Numbered from the stretch's first letter, positions 11,701 to 18,235 are shown. The stretch is 27,081 bases of DNA from Promethearchaeota archaeon (GCA_048939245.1 JBHLPR010000029.1:1-27081); one strand, 5' to 3'. Notes: generated from the letters alone by a model not told the origin. Numbers and translations: made by a program.

Positions 11701-12234
11701 ATGTGGTCTAACAACTGTGTTGTACTGAATATGTTCCTCGTAATTGATTGAGGTGATCTGGATGTTGGTTCCGTATGGGACCTGAATTAGACGGGTGATG
11801 ACGGGCACTTCAGGATTTCCTATTTCTGTTAAAAATCCACTAAATGGGATTTGTAATTCATCAAAGGGGAGCGGGGGTTTCCCCACAAAGACAGGAAAAT
11901 CCCATACTCCGGGAATAATGGTTTTTACTTGCAGTTGTGCTGGTTGCGCTACTGTAACATATGATTGGGGAGGAGAATCTGAAGGATATCCGCCAATGAG
12001 GGGAATCCATGTGCTTCCATTGGGTAATTTCCTGAATAGGCTATCCTTAGTTTCAGCTAGCTTGACTTCAGTGATATTTGGTTGGGCCGTGTCAAAGTAC
12101 CTCTGAGAGAATAGTTGAGGGATTTGGATACGGAGACCTGCTGGTGATAGAACCATCGCGATTATAATTATTAAAACGAAGGCAATTGCTTTTCTTTCCT
12201 TATTCCCGATCAACAGAAACCCTTCATTCTTCAT
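8734..12234 (-). CDS. C25 (gingipain-like) cysteine peptidase with propeptide, Ig-like domains and C-terminal membrane anchor
   Basis: Signal/anchor helix; propeptide 'IGNPEVPVITRLIQVP'; C25 core 'DYLIIT..F...LADWKQQKG', 'YVLFVGD', 'PDIHYGRL'; catalytic His (YYGHG) and Cys (SLACNTGWFD); 'YHLFGDPEL'; C-terminal TM followed by RRRR. Confidence 0.92.
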   Translation of the reverse strand: MKNEGFLLIGNKERKAIAFVLIIIIAMVLSPAGLRIQIPQLFSQRYFDTAQPNITEVKLAETKDSLFRKLPNGSTWIPLIGGYPSDSPPQSYVTVAQPAQLQVKTIIPGVWDFPVFVGKPPLPFDELQIPFSGFLTEIGNPEVPVITRLIQVPYGTNIQITSINYEEHIQYNTVVRPHQGPHFDHPDFNPPSFQQNLTTYFPGSSLWFPTRVAYLSGGQHNNPIIIRGHRVVALNILPVQFNGLTNSCKIFSEIRIGLNFQNTPIAPVDTRLVSPAFETLLEHTVLNYQSISFPSVPMPLRKSEPAQAVEAADYLIITTDEFKNAVQELADWKQQKGYLTKITTVEEIFKPGSDTYQEKVDDLTDYIKFAYDNWNPAPSYVLFVGDSDHIPPHYGMWHEMHLAGIGTDLPYFTVDGPDYVPDIHYGRLSVDSISDVLTMKNKIIDYEKSPPTDPNFYRTITSLAGNDFSHFDTMNYINEYLTSLDIAKNTFTETAVDEVKTKIAAGNTLVYYYGHGNAQNYYSFYGTSPEFDGWWDPAFYTEDFVDVMVGYHEWPLVLSLACNTGWFDGETDNESTTQPYSGFYEEGFNPNVDAFCEEITRLGNNKGAIAAIGATRLSELRSNKFFLTGMIDALWDGFDEEYSAGERLTLGQMMWFGKMMCFNAFTQEAILSQLTFEMYHLFGDPELAIYTQKPQELVVSYNDQIGFGGPQSFWVTVTSQDTQQRVQSAKVCVHGTTVHDVFYTNREGVAECTIVPLQSEALTITVTHKDFIPFQDEIVVCSQKAWITATPEDGVTGTDIVIHGENFNPQEEVKIDFGVFRELYIFDIQTSSFDEVISVPFGSAPQETIVAHQSDRCASVAFGRWDNRPDLVIYSQWDESTWYLNPAGSGSDANPRWNNPCIRVKSILSQIPVGTFELIPPSLYMIEADVRNISPEDAHGTTVLFEWSGWGIGQKEWTKIAESGPFNVPGNGITTFLAPFHITEEMDVCIRVTINHPEDANPYNNIGVENYEILYIGTLFHNTGEVDIPLFREIPRLSLNWSTEKDIDTEWIAVITRPPDSEGPSVFGDHPALEFITPGAITASNFQRTYVITGYEEGIIISGVEITIFRSSEIPIDPVYYIWNLIVLNLPSIFLLLIVIVILIVISVRLIRRRREKQRNQRNVDR

Positions 12235-12302
12235 ATTGTAATCTTTCTCTAGAATATATCTTTGTAGTTATCCTCGGAAATGGATAACATAATATGCTGA
12301 CC

Positions 12303-12346
12303 AAAAAAATAGGAGGTGGAGGGCATTTGCATCACAAATCCCTCCT
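12303..12346 (-). terminator. hairpin plus T7 tract downstream of the 42-aa ORF
   Basis: On +, ggaggg(c)atttg 12318-12329 / loop catca / caaatccctcc 12335-12345, next to A7 at 12303-12309, which is a T-tract on the minus strand. Confidence 0.6.
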
Positions 12347-12378
12347 CGGGATATTCATCATCCTTTAATGTGTACAAG

Positions 12379-12507
12379 CTAGCTTGATTTCGGTGGTTTA
12401 AACCACGTGATTATCAGAAATATCAAGATGATAATTAACATTATGAGAATGAAGACTTCGCCCCAGCTTGTCCAAGCTACAGGCGGTGGTTGCCAGGGTG
12501 TTCCCAT
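12379..12507 (-). CDS. 42-aa single-transmembrane peptide (not in ORF track)
   Basis: MGTPWQPPPVAWTSWGEVFILIMLIIILIFLIITWFKPPKSS*; AGGAGG RBS 7 nt upstream of ATG; strongly hydrophobic core followed by K residues; own hairpin/T-tract. Confidence 0.75.
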   Translation of the reverse strand: MGTPWQPPPVAWTSWGEVFILIMLIIILIFLIITWFKPPKSS

Positions 12508-12625
12508 GGTTATCCCTCCTGTGCTTCTAATACTCAAATTCCTTAAAAGGTTTAGCTTTAGCGGGCTCCTAAATATTTAGTTGAGCGAGGTGCAAATCTT
12601 CGTGAAAACTATTGTCTTTTAACGA

Positions 12626-12711
12626 TTTTTTGCATCTTCTGATGCAAAAAACCTCTTTTTCCTTATCACTTCTCGGTATTTTTGTACCTTTCAGCTCCCA
12701 TCGAATAATAT
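12626..12711 (+). promoter_or_regulatory. conserved promoter unit 1: palindrome TTTGCA-N8-TGCAAA plus atttttgYac-N6-gctcccatcgaataatat
   Basis: 11-bp inverted repeat 12626-12636/12641-12651; the 18-mer gctcccatcgaataatat at 12694-12711 is identical to 13217-13234; same spacing in both units. Confidence 0.75.
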
Positions 12712-12788
12712 CAAACAGACGCATATTCTCAATTGTGCTGGGATTCTTACCCAGGATTCCGGTAACACCACAATTGGAGGTATTTGAG

Positions 12789-12929
12789 ATGGTCGAATCC
12801 AAACATAAGCGCAAGAATTTAGCAGAAATGTCGGCAACTGAGCGTGCTGTGGCTGGCTGCCGAAACCCTCATCCAGTAGCTAAGCCACGAACCCGCTATG
12901 CAGTTATGCTGGTTCTCAGCCGACACTAG
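12789..12929 (+). CDS. 46-aa basic peptide, paralog 1 (ERAVxGxxNP family)
   Basis: MVESKHKRKNLAEMSATERAVAGCRNPHPVAKPRTRYAVMLVLSRH*; GGAGGT RBS 12776-12781; homologous to 13288-13410. It is the C-terminal part of track ORF 12612..12929. Confidence 0.8.
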   Translation: MVESKHKRKNLAEMSATERAVAGCRNPHPVAKPRTRYAVMLVLSRH

Positions 12930-12987
12930 ACTGTGAGGAATCCCCATGGTGAAGAAACGATCCCCAGAACCTCCTTGCAGTCTTATC

Positions 12988-13112
12988 AATCGGGCCTACA
13001 CACCCTCCATTCGTGCTCCTTTCCGTTGTTGGGGGATTGGCGTAATAGCAATCCGGCAACGGGTGGACTCACCCTTTGGCTTTTCAACTATGGAGCTTTT
13101 GTGGGCCCGGTT
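12988..13112 (+). ncRNA. putative ~125-nt structured RNA element 1 (3' of peptide 1)
   Basis: 13-bp closing helix aatcgggcctaca/tgtgggcccggtt (2 G-U); nested ctccat/atggag, ccgttgtt/ggcaacgg and ggattg/caatcc; T8 tract at 13147-13154. Strand inferred from G-U pairs and gene orientation. Confidence 0.55.
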
Positions 13113-13151
13113 TATCCACTTCTAAAATCTTGTGATGGTGAAATTCTTTTT

Positions 13152-13234
13152 TTTGCACCCCTCAGTGCAAATGTTGGCAGACTCTCCCTCTTTTTGTTAG
13201 ATTTTTGCACTTATTGGCTCCCATCGAATAATAT
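13152..13234 (+). promoter_or_regulatory. conserved promoter unit 2
   Basis: tttgca-cccctcag-tgcaaa 13152-13171; atttttgcac 13201-13210; gctcccatcgaataatat 13217-13234; spacing identical to unit 1. Confidence 0.75.
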
Positions 13235-13287
13235 GCAATTCTAGAGTTAGGTATCATTGTCTCGCATCAGCGGGACGGTGAAATGAA

Positions 13288-13410
13288 ATGGCTCAGAAAA
13301 AGAAAATTGGTAAAATGGCTGTTGCCGAACGTGCTGTGACCGGCGCTAAAAACCCCAAGGGCACCCCCCGAGATCGAATTAACTTTGCTATCGTAACTTC
13401 ACGACGCTAA
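13288..13410 (+). CDS. 40-aa basic peptide, paralog 2 (not in ORF track)
   Basis: MAQKKKIGKMAVAERAVTGAKNPKGTPRDRINFAIVTSRR*; GGTGA RBS 13277-13281; aligns without gaps to peptide 1 over about 32 residues. Confidence 0.8.
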   Translation: MAQKKKIGKMAVAERAVTGAKNPKGTPRDRINFAIVTSRR

Positions 13411-13467
13411 TCATGCTTACTAGGGATCGACACTCAAACTGTGACACGGATTATAACCACTGACTGA

Positions 13468-13600
13468 AGCCGGGTCTTCATGGTAACCGGATAAAACTCC
13501 GAATCCGTTGTCCAAAAAGGTCCATTGCCACCCACACAAACGGACCGGGAAGTGCCGAAATGGAGGGGAAGAAAATCCTGAAGACCCGGCTGATTTTTTT
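13468..13600 (+). ncRNA. putative ~124-nt structured RNA element 2 plus T-tract
   Basis: Perfect 13-bp inverted repeat agccgggtcttca 13468-13480 / tgaagacccggct 13579-13591; inner ctcc/ggag and tccgtt/aacgga; T7 at 13594-13600. Confidence 0.55.
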
Positions 13601-13811
13601 CGATGAACCTTGAGCGACAAAAATGCAAATTATCTCCCAAAATGATTGCAAAGGAATTCATATGACGTATATCTTACTGAATTCGTGACAATGGAAAGAA
13701 TGCATTCACAACTCCTTGTTTTGTTTGTCTAATAATATGCTCTAAAAAACGACATAACCTCCTAAGAGTAACTTATTTGACTCAAAACTCAATACACTAG
13801 CAGGCTTTACA

Positions 13812-14567
13812 ATGAGAGGTTCCACAAAAATAACTGCAGTACTCCTCGGATTTTCATTTCTGTTATTTCATCTTTCTCTTATTCAATGTGTTTCTGCATC
13901 ATATCCTGTTGGCTTAATACTCAAGTATCATATTTCCGATGATTTTCAAGGAGACTGGGATGAACAATTCACAATTCTCGAGGAAGCACCTGAATGTGGT
14001 CAGTCTATTCTGTTCATCGAGTTCTCATCGACTCTCGAGAATTCCCTCCATGGTCATCTCTATCTTAATACATCATCTTGGAATCTCATCCACGTGGATG
14101 GAACAGTAGCGGATTCACCTCTCCAACCTCCTTTATGGGTTGATACCTCCACATGGCACATTGGTGATACTATCCACCTCCCCACATATTCAGGTACATA
14201 CCTTGTTTCTTCTGAATATGTTTCCCTTTCATTTGGCACCTTTCTCTGTTGGCGAATCCAATCAGTAGCTTGGTTTTCTATTGACGACGATTATCAACAA
14301 TGTACCCAAAATTGGTACTTCCACTACTCGGAGGGCATTTTAATCAAATACACCTATGAGCTCCTGCCATCTCAGCACGCCATCTACTCACATAAAAGCA
14401 CACGTGAACTCTCAACAACTAATTTTCTTCAATATGGAATCCTTTCAGTCGAAGAACAAATCCAACTATCTACACAGACCTTGGGTTTCTCCGTCGTTCT
14501 CCTGATCATTCTTCTTGGAAGCATATTCTTATACCAATACCATCGGCAATCAAGGAAAGCCCTCTGA
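13812..14567 (+). CDS. hypothetical secreted protein with C-terminal membrane anchor
   Basis: Signal peptide, beta-rich body ('SFGTFLCWRI', 'WYFHYSEGILIKY'), C-terminal TM and basic tail. Confidence 0.8.
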   Translation: MRGSTKITAVLLGFSFLLFHLSLIQCVSASYPVGLILKYHISDDFQGDWDEQFTILEEAPECGQSILFIEFSSTLENSLHGHLYLNTSSWNLIHVDGTVADSPLQPPLWVDTSTWHIGDTIHLPTYSGTYLVSSEYVSLSFGTFLCWRIQSVAWFSIDDDYQQCTQNWYFHYSEGILIKYTYELLPSQHAIYSHKSTRELSTTNFLQYGILSVEEQIQLSTQTLGFSVVLLIILLGSIFLYQYHRQSRKAL

Positions 14568-14599
14568 AATTACAACTTATATAGATAATCTAAGAAAAC

Positions 14600-15385
14600 A
14601 TGCAAATGGTGCCCATTATGAGCCTAGTCCAATCCAAAGACACTCTTCAAAAACGGAAAAAGAAGTTTGCCAAGGGCTTCCTCCTGGGTAATGTAAACAT
14701 GGTAATGGTTATGTTCAAAACAGACCCTGCTATCCTCAAAAGGATTATTCCTCCCCCTCTAACACCCACACCTGATTCGCTGGGAATGGCCTATGTTGCC
14801 GAATTTCTAAGACCTAATTTCATCCAACCTTATAATGAGGCAGCACTCTTTGTTCAGGCTCAGTACAACAATGAACGCGGAAACTACTGCCTTGCAATGC
14901 CGGTCGACAACGACCTCGCCATGGCCGCAGGACGCGAAGTCTATGGATTTCCCAAAAAAATTGCTGATAAAATCACCCTTACACGCAAAGGAAATTCAAT
15001 TCATGGTCTCTGTATTCGCCACGAGATCCCTATCATCGAAATCAAAGCCACCATGCAAACACCCTTCCCCGAAAAATTTACTTCAACTCCTAACTTTCTC
15101 ATCAAAGCTTTTCCTGGCCTTGACGGAGTGTCGGTAGATGATAATCCACGTCTCATCCGCCTACTAAACCAAATTGAATATGGACCCATCGAAATCGGTC
15201 CTGGGGAACTCCAGCTCAATAAATCACCTGATGACCCACTCTACGAAATTCCAGTCCTTGAAGTTACCACCGCCGCTTATACAACACAGACAAATATCTG
15301 GTTAAAAACCGGTGAAACCCTCAAAGAACTCAACCCCGATGACTACTATCCCTATTTCTTCAATAAATATGACTGGGATCTTTGA
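14600..15385 (+). CDS. acetoacetate decarboxylase family protein
   Basis: 'FKTDPAILKRIIPPPL', 'PYNEAALFV', 'AMAAGREVYGFPKK' (Schiff-base Lys motif). The start may be a downstream ATG. Confidence 0.9.
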   Translation: MQMVPIMSLVQSKDTLQKRKKKFAKGFLLGNVNMVMVMFKTDPAILKRIIPPPLTPTPDSLGMAYVAEFLRPNFIQPYNEAALFVQAQYNNERGNYCLAMPVDNDLAMAAGREVYGFPKKIADKITLTRKGNSIHGLCIRHEIPIIEIKATMQTPFPEKFTSTPNFLIKAFPGLDGVSVDDNPRLIRLLNQIEYGPIEIGPGELQLNKSPDDPLYEIPVLEVTTAAYTTQTNIWLKTGETLKELNPDDYYPYFFNKYDWDL

Positions 15386-15392
15386 AACATCA

Positions 15393-16370
15393 TCAGGCAT
15401 CAAGTTGTTTGAAGAGCTGTTCAAAGTAATCATCAATTGGACTCCGAAACACCCTTGTCGGATACCCATAGATAGCATTTGCAGAAACAGCCTCAGATGT
15501 CTGTCGAATCGTTTCGATAATCTCACTCGCCTCGCGCATATGCTCAACCACAAAAACACAAAAAATCTCCGGCTCAAACGCCGACGCATATGCATACCAA
15601 AATTTCACCGGATAATAGTCCTGTAAAATCTTCACAATTTTGGATCTTTGTTGTGTTCCTTCTTCATGTCGAATAATGATTACAAAAGCCGTATATCCTC
15701 CCGCATTCAAATTCCATTGTACAGTAATTTTAAAACAGACCTCACTAGGTCGACTCCCACCCCTCGGCTCCCAATTAATATAGATATTTGGTTCCGATCC
15801 ATTCTCACCAATTAACTCGCCGATTATCTTTCGGATCCGACGAGGCGTTAACCGCGTCTGTTTAGACATATCACTAATCGACATTCGTGCATCCTGATGT
15901 AAACAGCGAAGAACCTTCAGATCTGATTTAGATAACTCACAACGTTTACCCGGCTCAGTGAGTATCGTATGGAATTCCACTCCTTCTACTCCTGGAATCT
16001 GCCGTAAAAACGTACCAATCTCTTGAAGTCCCATAGCCCCGGCATAACTTCCGAAACAAAGAATACTCCCATCGGTCAAAATGCTCGCTGAACCTACCAA
16101 TCTATGTGCTCCTAAGGAGTCTAGGAATGCATCGGATGGAATCGGATCCTGGGTTCGGATGATTGCTACCCAATCTTCCATACCTAACATTGCATTTGTC
16201 GGTAGTAACTGCCCCCCTCGAATGATTCCATCACTATTCAGCTTCTGAATCCGCTTCTTAATCGCATTCACCGAAAGGCTGAGTTTCTTCGCAATCGCCT
16301 GATATGAAGCTCGGTAATTAACCGATAACTCGAAGATTATGTTCTTGTCTACGATATCCATCGACACCAC
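15393..16370 (-). CDS. Lrp/AsnC-family regulator with two tandem HTH-effector modules
   Basis: 'MDIVDKNIIFELSVNYRASYQAIAKKLSLSVNAIKKRIQKL' and a second HTH 'DLKVLRCLHQDARMSISDMSKQTRLTPRRIRK'. Confidence 0.9.
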   Translation of the reverse strand: MVSMDIVDKNIIFELSVNYRASYQAIAKKLSLSVNAIKKRIQKLNSDGIIRGGQLLPTNAMLGMEDWVAIIRTQDPIPSDAFLDSLGAHRLVGSASILTDGSILCFGSYAGAMGLQEIGTFLRQIPGVEGVEFHTILTEPGKRCELSKSDLKVLRCLHQDARMSISDMSKQTRLTPRRIRKIIGELIGENGSEPNIYINWEPRGGSRPSEVCFKITVQWNLNAGGYTAFVIIIRHEEGTQQRSKIVKILQDYYPVKFWYAYASAFEPEIFCVFVVEHMREASEIIETIRQTSEAVSANAIYGYPTRVFRSPIDDYFEQLFKQLDA

Positions 16371-16635
16371 TCATTGCCTTTTACAGCTAAATAGAAGGTA
16401 GTTTGGGTGATATCCTACCATTTTAGCTTACACATGCCTTATCTCAAAGGTCTGAATCCACATTCTTTACAGTACTATCGCATAAAAATATAAACTGCCA
16501 CAAAAATCAACCACTTTGTAATAGCATACTAGCGATTTTGTACAAATAATTTTTGAGTCAATCAACCCATATTAAACAGACAGTTATTCACCAAACCAAA
16601 TAATAATCCACATGTTAAGATAGTGGTGACCTAAT

Positions 16636-17604
16636 TTGGATGAGATTGATAAAGGGATTCTACTTGAATTAGCTGATAACTGTAGAATCTCTTATCAAGA
16701 TCTGGCTACCCAACTCGGCATTACCGTGAACGCTATAAAAAAACGATTTGACAAGTTAGTTGAAAGCGGAGTTATCTGCGGGTTCACTATTTATCCCAGC
16801 CTTGCTATGTTAGAAGCAGATAATTTGGTTGCCCGGATTTATCCAGAAATCCAACCACAATCTGATGAGCTTCTTGATTTAATTGGGTCCAATAGGATGG
16901 TTAGAACTGGCAGTTATCTCGCCGATGGCTCAGTTCTTTGCTTTGCCGATTATCAGGGGAGTATGGGTTTGGCAGAACTTGGAAAATTCCTCAGAGGAAT
17001 ATCTAGTGTTAAGCAGGTTGACCTCCATACAGTAATCTGTGAGAAGGGGAGTAGATGTGAGCTCACGGCTGATGATCTAAGAGTTCTACGTGAACTTAAA
17101 ACCGATGCCCGAATGCCTCTCTCTGAAATTGCTCGAAACACAGGCTTAACTCCCCGACGAGTGCGAAAGAATCTTCTGAAACTTTTCGGTGAGAGTGGCT
17201 CCGGATGGGAAATTGCAGTTGATGAGCAATCGTTTGGTGATCAGCGCACCCGTCAAGCCTGTATGTATTCACGAGTCCTATGGAATCTAAATGCAGGAGG
17301 CGCCACATTTTTCATAATCAGGATATTTTGGAAAGAGGACACAGCAAGCCCACACGAAGTCGTGGCCTGGCTACGTAAACATTTCCCACTTGAATTTTGG
17401 TATGCATATGTTTCAGCTACAGCTCCTGAAATCTATACCGTGTTCATGGTAGAACATCTACGAGATTCCAAACCTATTGCCAGAAAGGTTGGACACCAAC
17501 CTTTTACAGAATCCATTGAGCCGATTTTCGGCTATCCCAGCAAACGCTTCAAAAATATACGCGACTATTTCCTCGAAGAAAAATTTGCCACATTGGATAA
17601 GTAA
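16636..17604 (+). CDS. Lrp/AsnC-family regulator with two tandem HTH-effector modules (paralog of 15393-16370)
   Basis: 'MDEIDKGILLELADNCRISYQDLATQLGITVNAIKKRFDKL' and 'DLRVLRELKTDARMPLSEIARNTGLTPRRVRK'; shares WNLNAGG, FWYAY, VEH and GYP with its neighbour. Confidence 0.9.
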   Translation: MDEIDKGILLELADNCRISYQDLATQLGITVNAIKKRFDKLVESGVICGFTIYPSLAMLEADNLVARIYPEIQPQSDELLDLIGSNRMVRTGSYLADGSVLCFADYQGSMGLAELGKFLRGISSVKQVDLHTVICEKGSRCELTADDLRVLRELKTDARMPLSEIARNTGLTPRRVRKNLLKLFGESGSGWEIAVDEQSFGDQRTRQACMYSRVLWNLNAGGATFFIIRIFWKEDTASPHEVVAWLRKHFPLEFWYAYVSATAPEIYTVFMVEHLRDSKPIARKVGHQPFTESIEPIFGYPSKRFKNIRDYFLEEKFATLDK

Positions 17605-17764
17605 GCATCGGTAACTTTTTCCATCTCGTGAACTAGGCTATCTAAAATCTAACGCAGAACAGCCTCATTTATCGCATTCTAAAACGCTTCTCAAAAAGAG
17701 GTAAATTGTAATCTTGAATATCAAAGATTAATAAAAGGAGATTAAAGAGAACGCAGATTATTTT

Positions 17765-17847
17765 TTTGAACCCCGCAGTATAAAATAAAGTGCTTGTGCG
17801 CTCGTTCTTTCGTTTTTTTGCACCACTTTGTTGCCATCAATTGATAT
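17765..17847 (+). promoter_or_regulatory. third, diverged copy of the conserved promoter unit
   Basis: tttgaa-ccccgcag-tataaa 17765-17784; ttttttgcac 17814-17823; N6; gttgccatcaattgatat 17830-17847 (13/18 match to the 18-mer); spacings identical to units 1 and 2. Confidence 0.6.
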
Positions 17848-17923
17848 GTAAAAATGATACTTGTTGAGGTGAATCCCACGGAAATGGGTTCGTGGCGTTT
17901 ACAAGAAACGGAATCGGATCACA

Positions 17924-18235
17924 ATGACAGAACAAATAAACCAGAACCTAAGTAATTTCAAAACTTCAAAGAATGGTAGGGCATCCTCGAAGGCTATTAC
18001 TCGACATATTAACCGGATTCTCTCCGTATTACAAAGAGGGACTAGTCGAATTTTCGATCTTGGAGGGGGTCTCGCAGCCCTGTTCACAATTATGGATATG
18101 TGCTTTGTCTGGTATGGTGCATTCTACGGTGGTGGGGCTATCGTTGTCGGCGACACTCTCTTGATGTTACAACTTGAACTTGTGATTATCGGTCCCTTAG
18201 CCTTAGTTTGGATTCTTGCTAAATTCCGTGGATGA
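17924..18235 (+). CDS. small hypothetical membrane protein (2 TM, basic N-terminus)
   Basis: 103-aa ORF with two hydrophobic segments, downstream of promoter copy 3; no clear RBS. Confidence 0.5.
   Translation: MTEQINQNLSNFKTSKNGRASSKAITRHINRILSVLQRGTSRIFDLGGGLAALFTIMDMCFVWYGAFYGGGAIVVGDTLLMLQLELVIIGPLALVWILAKFRG

Noticed and set aside
12612-12788. N-terminal 59 codons of track ORF 12612..12929
   Set aside because: They overlap the conserved promoter and leader. The RBS and homology to peptide 2 place the start at ATG 12789.
12694-13234. CRISPR array from the repeated 18-mer
   Set aside because: Only two exact copies 523 bp apart, no spacer periodicity and no cas genes.
12933-13244. 103-aa ORF, and similarly minus-strand ORFs 12569..12814, 13420..13620 and 13434..13661
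   Set aside because: No RBS or recognisable protein features, not conserved between the two units, and they overlap the structured elements or promoters.
12988-13591. 5S rRNA, tRNA or SECIS identity for the ~125-nt elements
   Set aside because: No 5S loop C consensus (CCGAAC), no cloverleaf or T-loop, and the upstream ORFs have no in-frame TGA.
17854-17955. Short ORF (MILVEVNPTEMGSWRLQETESDHNDRTNKPEPK) right after promoter copy 3, near a GAGGTGA
   Set aside because: No similarity to the two basic peptides and the RBS spacing is ambiguous. It cannot be supported, though it is not excluded.
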